From Candidatus Hydrogenedentota bacterium (lineage in GTDB: Bacteria > Hydrogenedentota > Hydrogenedentia > Hydrogenedentales > SLHB01), in NCBI GenBank assembly GCA_034408725.1, contig JAWXCN010000222.1, forward strand, positions 1 to 61,379: a stretch of 61,379 nt of DNA, written 5' to 3'. The notes under the pieces are model-generated. The model saw only the letters and a program-made list of their open reading frames with translations. It was not told the DNA's origin and made no database searches. Shown here one piece after another: positions 9,332 to 18,215 of the stretch; within the stretch, counting starts at the first letter, position 1, and each line of letters begins with the position of its first letter. The position numbers and the translations under genes were made by a program.

Positions 9332-10906
9332 TTATGGGGTACTTGGGGCCGGTACTGACGGTGTCTCGAACCGCTGGGTCAACAGCGTCAAATCCCCGGA
9401 ACTCAGAAGCAGATCGGATATCTCGTTCCAGAACTCTTCGGTCATCGAGCTCGTGAACAGCGCATCCAGCGCGGTGAAAAATGTATCGAGTTCCCCAATC
9501 CTGCCCGTCAGCGCCTCGATTGAGGCCGTAACGTCCGATACTCCATCCACAGATTCAATTGTGGCGTAGAGAGCCCCCATGGCGTCGAGCGCCTGCGCCT
9601 GGATGTCCATCCCGGCCAGTTGCTCCTGCGAAAAGGTCGCCCCCTCTTCTACCTGCCGTCCCATCTGTTCGACCGCGCGAAAAATATTCTCCGCAGTCTG
9701 CGTATCATTCGCCGACAGAAATACTTGGCCATAGTCTAGCAGATCGCTGGCCAATTGGCAAAGAAATTTGTTCTCTTCGACCCCTGCTGTCAATGCTGAA
9801 ACCAGTCGCGCCGCTTCGGGATCCATGCCCCCGGCAATCAATGCCTCGGCCTGGGCCAGTGCAGATTCCAAAGAATACGCGCTCGCCTTGCCCATGTTCG
9901 CGGCCAGTTCCAGCGATTGCAGCGCGGATTCGGCATTGTTTTCGTCGAGCCGAATCTTGGCCTCATAGTAGTAAGGAAGCGCATTTCCGGGGTCAATATT
10001 CTTGACATCGGTGAGTTGCGCCACTGCCTGGGTGTCGTTCTGCGCAGCTTCAACCGTGTCCGGCGTCTCTTCCTCTGCAATGGCCCGCGCCAGTTGCAAC
10101 CGGCTTGCCGGGTCTTCCGGAAGCTTACCCACCGCCGTAAGTAGAATCCGCCGGGCTTCCTCGCCTCCAAGACTCTCCGCCGCGCCCACCATGGCCTGCG
10201 GCGTGGCATCCGGCGCCAAGGCGACTTCCATCGCCTTGCTCTTGCTCAAGCTCGCCCATTGCAGCAGCCGGTCCATGTTTGCGCCTCCGGCGACATCGCG
10301 GCGCGCCGCCGCGACTTCCGTCACGTTACCGGGCAATTCGATTCGAGGACCCGCAGTCGCCGTAATAATGGTGTCGGGCTTGACGCCGATCCTGCGATGG
10401 ACGTCTTCCCGTTTCTGGTCCAGTTTTTCTTTTTGTCGCACAAAGGTTTCTGGAAGAGCGATCACCACGGGCGGAGCCGTTGCTTCGGGACCACTCGACG
10501 GCGCGGCGATTTGCCTTCCGGGGACGGAATCGTCCCTGCCGCTGGTACGCCACCACTCATATCCCACGTACAGAATCGCCACTGCCGCAATTCCCGCCGC
10601 AACTTTCCACCATGCGCTTCGCGATGCGCGGACTGTCGCCAGCGATACTGGCGACGTTAAGCCATTGACTTTCTGCATGGAGCGCAGCACGGCGTCCACA
10701 ATATCAATCGACGGCATCTCAGGCGCATCGGCACGCACCACCGCGTCCAGGTCGGCATACGCGGCACGCAGCCAGTCCAATTCCGCGCGGTACGCGCCGT
10801 CGCTCGCGATCCGCAGTTCGACACGGGTGCGCGCCTCGAGGCTCAGGTCGTCCTCAAGGTAGGCGATCAGCTCATCGTGGAGCTTATCCATGTCCCCAGC
10901 GTTCAC
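9332..10906 (-). CDS. Putative membrane-spanning anti-sigma factor with a TPR-like extracytoplasmic domain
   Basis: N-terminal LIAYLEDDLSLEARTRVE resembles an anti-sigma domain without the Zn ligands; single TM; helical repeats (DPGNALPYYYEA); GTGA overlap with the ECF sigma stop. Confidence 0.7.
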   Translation of the reverse strand: MNAGDMDKLHDELIAYLEDDLSLEARTRVELRIASDGAYRAELDWLRAAYADLDAVVRADAPEMPSIDIVDAVLRSMQKVNGLTSPVSLATVRASRSAWWKVAAGIAAVAILYVGYEWWRTSGRDDSVPGRQIAAPSSGPEATAPPVVIALPETFVRQKEKLDQKREDVHRRIGVKPDTIITATAGPRIELPGNVTEVAAARRDVAGGANMDRLLQWASLSKSKAMEVALAPDATPQAMVGAAESLGGEEARRILLTAVGKLPEDPASRLQLARAIAEEETPDTVEAAQNDTQAVAQLTDVKNIDPGNALPYYYEAKIRLDENNAESALQSLELAANMGKASAYSLESALAQAEALIAGGMDPEAARLVSALTAGVEENKFLCQLASDLLDYGQVFLSANDTQTAENIFRAVEQMGRQVEEGATFSQEQLAGMDIQAQALDAMGALYATIESVDGVSDVTASIEALTGRIGELDTFFTALDALFTSSMTEEFWNEISDLLLSSGDLTLLTQRFETPSVPAPSTP

Positions 10907-11490
10907 AATTCATCCTTTTCGGCCACATATAGTGACCGCATCGACTTCAGGATACGATGCAGCCGTGTCCGCACGGCGCCTTCCGTGCTGCCCACGACTT
11001 CGGCAATGTCTCGTGCCTGCATGCGTTCAAAAAACCTCAGCCGTACAATTTCGCGCGACTCCGGGTCCAACTTGTCCAGTGCCTTTGCCACCAGCGTGCG
11101 CCGCTCGGCGGACATCAGCAGTTGGTCCGCGCCATCCGCGGGCGATTGCAACAGCTCGCCGGACTCGCCGCGCGCGCTGCTCGCGTATTCCTCAAGCGAT
11201 TCCATCGAGACCGCCTTCTTGCGCTTAATCTCGTTCAGACACAGATTGCGCGCAATACACAGCAGCCACGGCCGGAATTTCCGGGTCGAATCGAACCGGG
11301 CACGAGCCACGAACACCCGGATAAACGTTTCCTGGGACATTTCCTTTGCACGTTCGATGTCGCGGACGTAATGGAGGCTGAACCTGAAAATGTCGCTTTG
11401 GTACCGGCGCACCAGCTCGGCCAGGGCCGCTTGGTCGCCCTGACTGAGGAGAGCCATAAGCTCTTCATCGGTTCGAGTTGCCGCGCTCAC
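10903..11490 (-). CDS. ECF RNA polymerase sigma-70 factor
   Basis: Region 2 (DEELM...QETFIRVF...FRPWLLCIARN) and region 4 (DIAEVVGSTEGAVRTRLHR). Confidence 0.93.
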   Translation of the reverse strand: MSAATRTDEELMALLSQGDQAALAELVRRYQSDIFRFSLHYVRDIERAKEMSQETFIRVFVARARFDSTRKFRPWLLCIARNLCLNEIKRKKAVSMESLEEYASSARGESGELLQSPADGADQLLMSAERRTLVAKALDKLDPESREIVRLRFFERMQARDIAEVVGSTEGAVRTRLHRILKSMRSLYVAEKDEL

Positions 11491-11760
11491 CCGTTAACCC
11501 AAGTCATGCAAGGACTTGCAGTCAAGCCATAACGCGGCAACCGCATCCGGAACCTGTTGACTATACCGCGCACAGGTATAAGCATCACACTCATTATCAG
11601 TTTTCGCAGTCCGGTAGCATTGAATGACTGTCCCCTTCCCGAAAGTTTACGGCAAGCCCAACAAAAAACGCAAAGCAGGTGAAATGCGTAGCAATGCAAT
11701 CGATTCCTACTTTGCGTCCTACAACCCACTTGCATGCACTATAAAAGGGGTAGGTTGATT

Positions 11761-11914
11761 GTGATAAACAGCCAAAGCGGCGCCTTGGGGGCCGCCGCAG
11801 TCCAGATAGGCTTCTTCCTAGAACGTCGTTTTGGGAGAAGGAGCACTTTGGGTCGTGGACTATTTGGACTGCGGTGGCGAAGCGGGTAGCGCAGACACCG
11901 CTTTGGCTGTTTAT
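11761..11914. repeat. REP-like palindromic doublet (CCAAAGCGG...CCGCAGTCC and its inverse)
   Basis: Near-identical units recur at about 26.8, 40.1, 48.8 and 51.5 kb. Confidence 0.85.
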
Positions 11915-12022
11915 AGGCGAGGTCACACTTCTTTCCATTCGCCGGTTGCACCCACGTTCATCTCCCGATACACTCTTGACTTGTCCGCGTCTTTTTGCGC
12001 GCGCATCAACAGTGGGGAAGTC

Positions 12023-13138
12023 ATGGCAACGGGTTTTGCGCAGCCGTCCCGGCTTGCGTCTCTTGATCAGTTTCGCGGGTATACGGTAGCGGGCATGTTT
12101 CTTGTCAATTTCATTGGCAGTTACGACAACGTGCATGCGTTGCTCAGCCATCACAATACGTATTGCAGCTATGCGGACACGATCATGCCGCAGTTTTTCT
12201 TCGCGGTCGGTATGTCGTTCCGGCTTACCTATATGCGCCGCGCCGAAAAAGACGGCCACTCCGCGGCCATGTGGCACGCCGTCACGCGCAACCTCGGCCT
12301 GATGCTTGTGGGTTTGGCCGTCTACGGCATTGCGCGCGATGTTCCGGATACGTGGGACGCAGTGAGCGCGCTGGGGGTTTGGGGTTATGTAACCCAAAAG
12401 CTATCGTGGTCATTTATTCAGACCCTGGTACACATCGCTTTGGCCTCGTTATTTGTGTTGCCCGTAATCGGCGCCAAACCCGCCATCCGCATCATCTTTC
12501 TCACCGTGACAGCAGGCGCGCATGTGTTGCTATCGTACTTCTGGTATTTCCAGTGGAATGAATCCACTTCCGGTACGGTCGACGGCGGTCCGCTCGGGTT
12601 CATGACGTGGTCCATTCCGCTTCTCATCGGTTCGCTTGCGTACGACACCATGGCTGGCCGTGGCTCGAAAGGTTCGCTGAAACCTTTCGCAGTGTGGTCC
12701 GTCGTGTTAATGGTGATTGGGTATGCGCTGGCCTGTCTCAACGTGGTGCACAATCGCATGCTCGGCAACACGGTTTCGCGCTGGCTCGTCGAGCCGCCGT
12801 TTGTTCCGCCATCGCTCCCTGTAGATATGTGGACCATGAACCAACACGCGGGCTCGGCTTCATACCAGATTTTTGCGGCGGGGTTTTCGCTGCTCGTGTT
12901 GCTGTTCTTCATCTGGCTGAGCGATTTGCGCGGCGTGCAATTTGGCGTGTTCCGGACGCTTGGCGTAAACGCGCTCGCCGCGTACATCATTCACGATCTC
13001 ACCGGCAGTGCCATCAAACCACTTGTCCCGGAAGACGCGCCGGCCTACATGGCGGCGCTGAATTTTCTGTTGTTCTTCTGGCTGACGTGGCTATTCTTGC
13101 GGCATCTTGAAAAACACAAATTATTTCTGCGGCTTTAA
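12023..13138 (+). CDS. Heparan-alpha-glucosaminide N-acetyltransferase-like membrane acyltransferase
   Basis: RLASLDQFRGYTVAGMFLVN and YADTIMPQFFFAVG motifs; multi-TM; GVNALAAY. Confidence 0.8.
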   Translation: MATGFAQPSRLASLDQFRGYTVAGMFLVNFIGSYDNVHALLSHHNTYCSYADTIMPQFFFAVGMSFRLTYMRRAEKDGHSAAMWHAVTRNLGLMLVGLAVYGIARDVPDTWDAVSALGVWGYVTQKLSWSFIQTLVHIALASLFVLPVIGAKPAIRIIFLTVTAGAHVLLSYFWYFQWNESTSGTVDGGPLGFMTWSIPLLIGSLAYDTMAGRGSKGSLKPFAVWSVVLMVIGYALACLNVVHNRMLGNTVSRWLVEPPFVPPSLPVDMWTMNQHAGSASYQIFAAGFSLLVLLFFIWLSDLRGVQFGVFRTLGVNALAAYIIHDLTGSAIKPLVPEDAPAYMAALNFLLFFWLTWLFLRHLEKHKLFLRL

Positions 13139-13169
13139 CCCGCCGCCAACGAAACAGGAGCGGTCGATA

Positions 13170-15389
13170 ATGCGCAGTCTTTACATGCCCGCACTCATGG
13201 TGCTCGCACTAATTTTCGCGATGGGCTGTAGCCCGCAGGAATCCGTACCTGCCACAGGACCCGTCACGGAACCTGCACTGCCGCCAGGGAGTGAGCCGGT
13301 GACTCCTCCTTCTGAAGATACGTCCGCGGCGCAGGGCGAAGCAGTGGCGGGCAAACAGGTCACCATTTATCGCGACACCTGGGGCGTGCCGCATATCTAC
13401 GCGGATACCGACGCGGCGGCGGCGTATGGTCTCGGATACGCGCAGGCGGAAGACCGAATCGGGGATATTTACGGCAATGCGCGCATCGCAACCGGTACAG
13501 CGGCCGAAGCGTTCGGCCAATCGCATATCAGAAACGACTTCGGCTTGCAGCTTGTACGCAATGCCGAGGTCGCGCAAAAAAGTTATACCGATGCGCCGGA
13601 CTATCTGCGCGAACTGGTGGACAATTTTGTCGCCGGCATGAACGCTTATATCGAGCGGCATCCGGAGAAAAAACCTGAATGGTCGCTGGATTTCCAACCC
13701 TGGCATTGCTCCGCCATTGGACGCGCCATGATCATGCGTTGGCCGCTTGGCACGGTCGCCGATGATCTCGGCAACAAGAAAGAGCGCACCGGCGCGGGCG
13801 CGTCAAATGAATGGGCTGTTTCTCCCCAACGCTCGGCAACCGGCGGCGCAATCCTGCTCACCGATCCGCACCTTTCCTGGGACGGCATGGCGAATTTCTA
13901 CGAAGCGCGCGTACACGGCGACAAGCTGCATATGAACGGATTCTTCCTCGTGGGCTCGCCATTGCTCGGATTCGGCCATTCGAACCACATTGGCTGGGCA
14001 CCCACCACCGGCGGACCCGATACCTCGGACGTGTTCGAGGTAAAACTCGATATGTCGAATTTCATGAAGCCAAAGTATGAAATGGACGGTCAATGGCACG
14101 ACGTGACTGTGTCCGAAATGAAGGTCCTCGTTAAAGACGGCGAAACGAGAATCCAGCCGCGCATGGAGACCCCGCTCGGACCCATCTTCGATGTAGACCG
14201 CGAAAACATGATCGGATACATCGGCGCGTCACCCTATTTCGATGACGCGAATCTGTTCGAGCAAACCTACCGCATGCTGCTCGCCAAAGACGCGGATGAG
14301 TTTTACGAAGCACTCAGTTTCTGCGCGTTGATGGAACAGAACATCATGTTTGCCGACACCTCTGGCAACATCCAATACGTGCGCAATGGCCGAGTGCCGA
14401 AGCGCAGTCTCGACTACGATTGGAACGCGCCAGTGCCCGCGACCGCCGCTTCGGTTTGGACCGAAATCCATCCCATCGCCGACCTCGTGCAAATCAAGAA
14501 TCCTGAATCGGGTTACATGCAAAATTGCAATATCAGTCCCTTGAACATGATGAAGAATTCGCCAATGACGCCTGACAAGTACATCCCCTACATCTACAAT
14601 GTAACGTGGGACCGGAATAATCCGCGCAGCAAGCGCGCGGTGGAATTGCTTGATGCCGATGCGTCGATCACGAAAGAAGAAGCCATCGCAATTACCATGA
14701 ACGTCTACGACATCCTCGCGAAGCCGTGGCAGGAAGCGTTGGCCGGCGCCATCGAAGGCGCGGGCGCCGACCGCATGAAGGACGAAACATTCGCGAAGAT
14801 TGTAAACAACATTCTCGCGTGGAACGGTGAGTTCCTGCCGGAAAGCAATGCGACCGCCGTGTACAAGGTGTGGCGCATGAAATGCAGCGATAGTGTCAAC
14901 GTCAAGGCCATTGCCGAGCGCGCCACGCTCACACCAGAAGAAAAAACCGCGCTGCTCGATAAACTCGCTGAAGCCATCGCCGAAATGACGGCGACCTACG
15001 GCTCCGCGGAAACGCCCTGGGGTGAAATCTATCGTGTGGGCCGCGGCGATAAATATTTCCCCGTCGGCGGCGCGGACTTCGGGGGATCGACAGACGGGCT
15101 CAACATGTCTGAAACCTTGTTCGACGTGCGGTGCTCGGAAGACCGCGCCAACCCCGGAAAATACATTGCAAACAATGGATCAATGGCAACGATGATCATG
15201 TTCTTCTCGCCCGAAGGCGTCGAGTCGCTCACATGCACGCCGTGGGGACAAAGCGGCGACCCCGCGTCGAAACACTATGTCGATCAGGCTGAAAAACTTT
15301 ACTCCAAACGACAAATGAAACCATCGTGGTGGACCCGGGAAGAAGTGCTTGCCAATCATGAATCGGAAGTTACGCTGGTACTCCCGTGA
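13170..15389 (+). CDS. Penicillin acylase family Ntn-hydrolase (lipoprotein)
   Basis: Lipobox AMGC; IYRDTWGVPHIYA, YAQAEDR, catalytic SNEWAV, DPHL. Confidence 0.92.
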   Translation: MRSLYMPALMVLALIFAMGCSPQESVPATGPVTEPALPPGSEPVTPPSEDTSAAQGEAVAGKQVTIYRDTWGVPHIYADTDAAAAYGLGYAQAEDRIGDIYGNARIATGTAAEAFGQSHIRNDFGLQLVRNAEVAQKSYTDAPDYLRELVDNFVAGMNAYIERHPEKKPEWSLDFQPWHCSAIGRAMIMRWPLGTVADDLGNKKERTGAGASNEWAVSPQRSATGGAILLTDPHLSWDGMANFYEARVHGDKLHMNGFFLVGSPLLGFGHSNHIGWAPTTGGPDTSDVFEVKLDMSNFMKPKYEMDGQWHDVTVSEMKVLVKDGETRIQPRMETPLGPIFDVDRENMIGYIGASPYFDDANLFEQTYRMLLAKDADEFYEALSFCALMEQNIMFADTSGNIQYVRNGRVPKRSLDYDWNAPVPATAASVWTEIHPIADLVQIKNPESGYMQNCNISPLNMMKNSPMTPDKYIPYIYNVTWDRNNPRSKRAVELLDADASITKEEAIAITMNVYDILAKPWQEALAGAIEGAGADRMKDETFAKIVNNILAWNGEFLPESNATAVYKVWRMKCSDSVNVKAIAERATLTPEEKTALLDKLAEAIAEMTATYGSAETPWGEIYRVGRGDKYFPVGGADFGGSTDGLNMSETLFDVRCSEDRANPGKYIANNGSMATMIMFFSPEGVESLTCTPWGQSGDPASKHYVDQAEKLYSKRQMKPSWWTREEVLANHESEVTLVLP

Positions 15390-16390
15390 CAACAAACGTA
15401 GATTCGCTGGACATGCTGGCCCAAGTCATCCGGGAGCACTACGATCTCGGACGCGTGGATCGTCCGACCGTCATGCCGGCGGCGCACCAGCGCCGGCACC
15501 GCAAACTGATTATCAGCACCGCGATCGGTCAATTCCTCGCCAAGACCTACAAACGCGATCCGTTTGTGCTCGACGCGTTGCGGTTCCAGCACCGGCTTTC
15601 TGATCATTTGCTGATCAATGGCGTGCCCGTTGCGAAGGTGCAACGCACCAGCAAAGGCACCCGCATCGTCGAGCTGAACAATTGGGCGCTCGAACTGCAG
15701 GAATTCGTTGAAGGCGCCCCGATGATTGTGTCGAAGGAAACACTCGCGGTGTCAGCCGAAACCTTGGGCCGCTTCCACCAGGTGTGCCGCGATTTTCCGC
15801 GGCCCGAACGCGACACGACCATGTGGCGGTTTAGCGAGGTGCCGCGGCAGGCGTTTGCGACGCTGTACAATCTCGCGAAGGAAGAAGGCGATCTCGATAC
15901 AGTGAACGATCATTGCAACCGGCTGGCGCTGTTCCTGCGGGACGCGGCGGAGGCTTTGAGCCTGGAAAACCGTGGGCGGTTCGAGACCGGACTCATCCAC
16001 GGCGATTGGCACAGCGGAAACCTTATTTTTAAGGGAGACCGTCTGTCTGCGGTAGTAGACCTCGAATTCGCGGGTGACGGCTGTTACCTCGAAGATTTGT
16101 CCTATGCCATTTCAAACCTGTGTGTGCGGACCACCATGCGTCCCGAACGCCTCGCAAAACGCGTCGATGAATTGCTCGATCATTATCAGCGATACCGCAC
16201 GCTTTCGTATTACGAAGAAGCTGCGTTGTACTACGCCGTCGGCGTGAAACACATCGCCACGGTGTCATTTCAAATCCAGCAGCAAGGCGCAATTGTCGCC
16301 GGTCACTCCGCTGCGGAATGGATGGAACGCCTAGCAACCCAGGTGGGATGGCTCGCAGATCGCGCGCAAAAAGTCCGCTACGGAAGATAA
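15386..16390 (+). CDS. APH/homoserine kinase type II-like phosphotransferase
   Basis: LIHGDWHSGN and VDLE motifs; GTGA overlap with the acylase stop. Confidence 0.85.
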   Translation: MTTNVDSLDMLAQVIREHYDLGRVDRPTVMPAAHQRRHRKLIISTAIGQFLAKTYKRDPFVLDALRFQHRLSDHLLINGVPVAKVQRTSKGTRIVELNNWALELQEFVEGAPMIVSKETLAVSAETLGRFHQVCRDFPRPERDTTMWRFSEVPRQAFATLYNLAKEEGDLDTVNDHCNRLALFLRDAAEALSLENRGRFETGLIHGDWHSGNLIFKGDRLSAVVDLEFAGDGCYLEDLSYAISNLCVRTTMRPERLAKRVDELLDHYQRYRTLSYYEEAALYYAVGVKHIATVSFQIQQQGAIVAGHSAAEWMERLATQVGWLADRAQKVRYGR

Positions 16391-16399
16391 GAAGTTTTT

Positions 16400-16543
16400 T
16401 CCGCAGATTCCGCAGATGAGCGCAGATTGAAAACTGATGGGCAATTCCATTTTGTCGTGAAGATTCTTACCCATGGGGTAAACGCCATTTCTTGAATTGA
16501 ATTGTTCTTACCTAAATCTGTGTTCATCTGCGTAATCTGCGGA
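16400..16543. repeat. Element with imperfect 29-bp terminal inverted repeats built from CGCAGAT units (MITE-like)
   Basis: TCCGCAGATTCCGCAGATGAGCGCAGATT ... AATCTGTGTTCATCTGCGTAATCTGCGGA around an AT-rich core, between convergent genes. Confidence 0.7.
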
Positions 16544-16548
16544 CAGTT

Positions 16549-17136
16549 CTACTCCAGCAACATGTCGTAGTCCACTGTCTGAAACTCACCTCCGTCGAGT
16601 TCGCGGGCGAGCATGAAGAGCGTGTCGCTCAGCCTGTTCACGAACACAACGATGTGCGCGCAATCGAACGCAGGCTCAACTTCCTTCAGACGCACCAGCG
16701 CGCGTTCGAGTCTGCGCGCGATTGTAGTCAGCACGTCGACCTGCGCGGCGACGCGGTTTGACGCGGATACCACGAAGTTTTTGGGTAGACGCACCCGCTC
16801 CTCGATGCGTTGCTGGAACGCTTCGAGTTTCGCGAGGTGTTCGGGTCCGATGTCAATCTTGCGGTATTCGGGATGCGCGTTGCCGGGATCGCTGCATTGA
16901 CTGCCGATAGCGAAACAGCAATGTAACAGCCACCAGAGAAATTCGGCCATCTCGCTGTCGCCGGGGTGCTCCGCGAGGATTTCGTGGCGCATGAGCGCCG
17001 TGTACCCGCGCAACTCATCCACGCAGCCGCAACATTCGATGACCGGGTGCGCTTTCGACACATGGTCTCCGCCCAATGTCGTCGTCTCGCCTTTGTCGCC
17101 GCGCTTACTGGTCACCTGCGAGCGCGGGCGCATCAC
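16549..17136 (-). CDS. ATP:cob(I)alamin adenosyltransferase (PduO type)
   Basis: SKRGDKGET, GCVDEL, ARRLER, NRLSDTLFMLAR. Confidence 0.9.
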   Translation of the reverse strand: MMRPRSQVTSKRGDKGETTTLGGDHVSKAHPVIECCGCVDELRGYTALMRHEILAEHPGDSEMAEFLWWLLHCCFAIGSQCSDPGNAHPEYRKIDIGPEHLAKLEAFQQRIEERVRLPKNFVVSASNRVAAQVDVLTTIARRLERALVRLKEVEPAFDCAHIVVFVNRLSDTLFMLARELDGGEFQTVDYDMLLE

Positions 17137-17900
17137 TTCACCGTGATGGATACAGGGCAGTGATCGCTCCCGCGCACGTCACAATGAATCGCGGCGCTGG
17201 CGATCCGGTCGATGAATTCCGCGTTGACGCAGTGATAATCAATGCGCCAACCGATATTTTTTTCCCGCGCGCCGCTGCGATAGGACCACCAGGTGTAATG
17301 GTGGGGGTCAGGCGTAAAGTGACGAAACGTGTCCAGATAACCGGCGCTTACGAAAGCGTCCATGCATGCGCATTCTTCCGGATAAAACCCAGGGCTGTCG
17401 CGGTTGGTCTTCGGGCGGGCCAGATCGATTTCCTTGTGCGCGATGTTGTAGTCACCGCAGATGACGACATTTGTCCCTTTCGCGCGCAGTGCATTGCACA
17501 ACGATAGCATCGCATCGCAAAACCGGACTTTGTACGCCAGCCGTGCGCGTTCCGCCTGCGCATTCGGGTAATAGGCGTTGATTACGGTGAAATCTTTGAA
17601 CTCGACGACCTGCACGCGGCCTTCATCGTCAAATTCCGAAATTCCCAGCAACCGCACGTCGATCGGTTCATATCCCGTCCGATAATACGTGGCGGTGCCG
17701 CTATAGCCTTTTTTCTGCGCCGATTGCCAAACGCTCGCGTAACCCGCCGGCTCGCGCAACACCTGCTCGACATCTTCTGCCTGCGCTTTTACTTCCTGAA
17801 GACAGACAACGTCGGGGCCCGTTCCATCCAGCCATTGCAGGAAACCGTTGCGCCCGGCGGCCCGCACGCCATTTACATTCCACGAAACAAGTGTACGCAT
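17133..17900 (-). CDS. xth: Exodeoxyribonuclease III
   Basis: SWNVNG, CLQEVK, GYSGTA, GDYNIAH, YTWWSYR, GWRIDY, SDHCP; start taken at ATG 17900. Confidence 0.95.
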   Translation of the reverse strand: MRTLVSWNVNGVRAAGRNGFLQWLDGTGPDVVCLQEVKAQAEDVEQVLREPAGYASVWQSAQKKGYSGTATYYRTGYEPIDVRLLGISEFDDEGRVQVVEFKDFTVINAYYPNAQAERARLAYKVRFCDAMLSLCNALRAKGTNVVICGDYNIAHKEIDLARPKTNRDSPGFYPEECACMDAFVSAGYLDTFRHFTPDPHHYTWWSYRSGAREKNIGWRIDYHCVNAEFIDRIASAAIHCDVRGSDHCPVSITVK

Positions 17901-18215
17901 GAGTAAACCTCGGTCAAATCGCCAATGATGGGCAAAGCATACGACTTTCGAGACATACTCCGCCAGCAACGTCCAACCCACTACTTGCCCCGGAAGTTGC
18001 GGTGCGGTGTCGCGCATGGAATTCCCTGCCTTGCGCCGGCGTTCCTATCAACCGATCATTTGGCTGGGGCAACATGTTCCAAATTGGAGCGGCGGCTTCT
18101 GCGTGTTTCCTACTTCTTGCCCCACCCGTCCTGCTCCGGTATAGTCTGCGCCCGCTACCCTCTATACGAAAGAACCGGGCGCAACCCCGAGGCGGCGCCA
18201 AGGAGTAGTCAGTTA

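Noticed and set aside
17925-18215. Long N-terminal extensions of topA, and likewise of xth, ftsY, the acyltransferase, UxaC-like, FGE and Cys-rich ORFs
   Set aside because: Family-like sequence and RBSs begin at downstream starts; the extensions are longest-ORF artefacts
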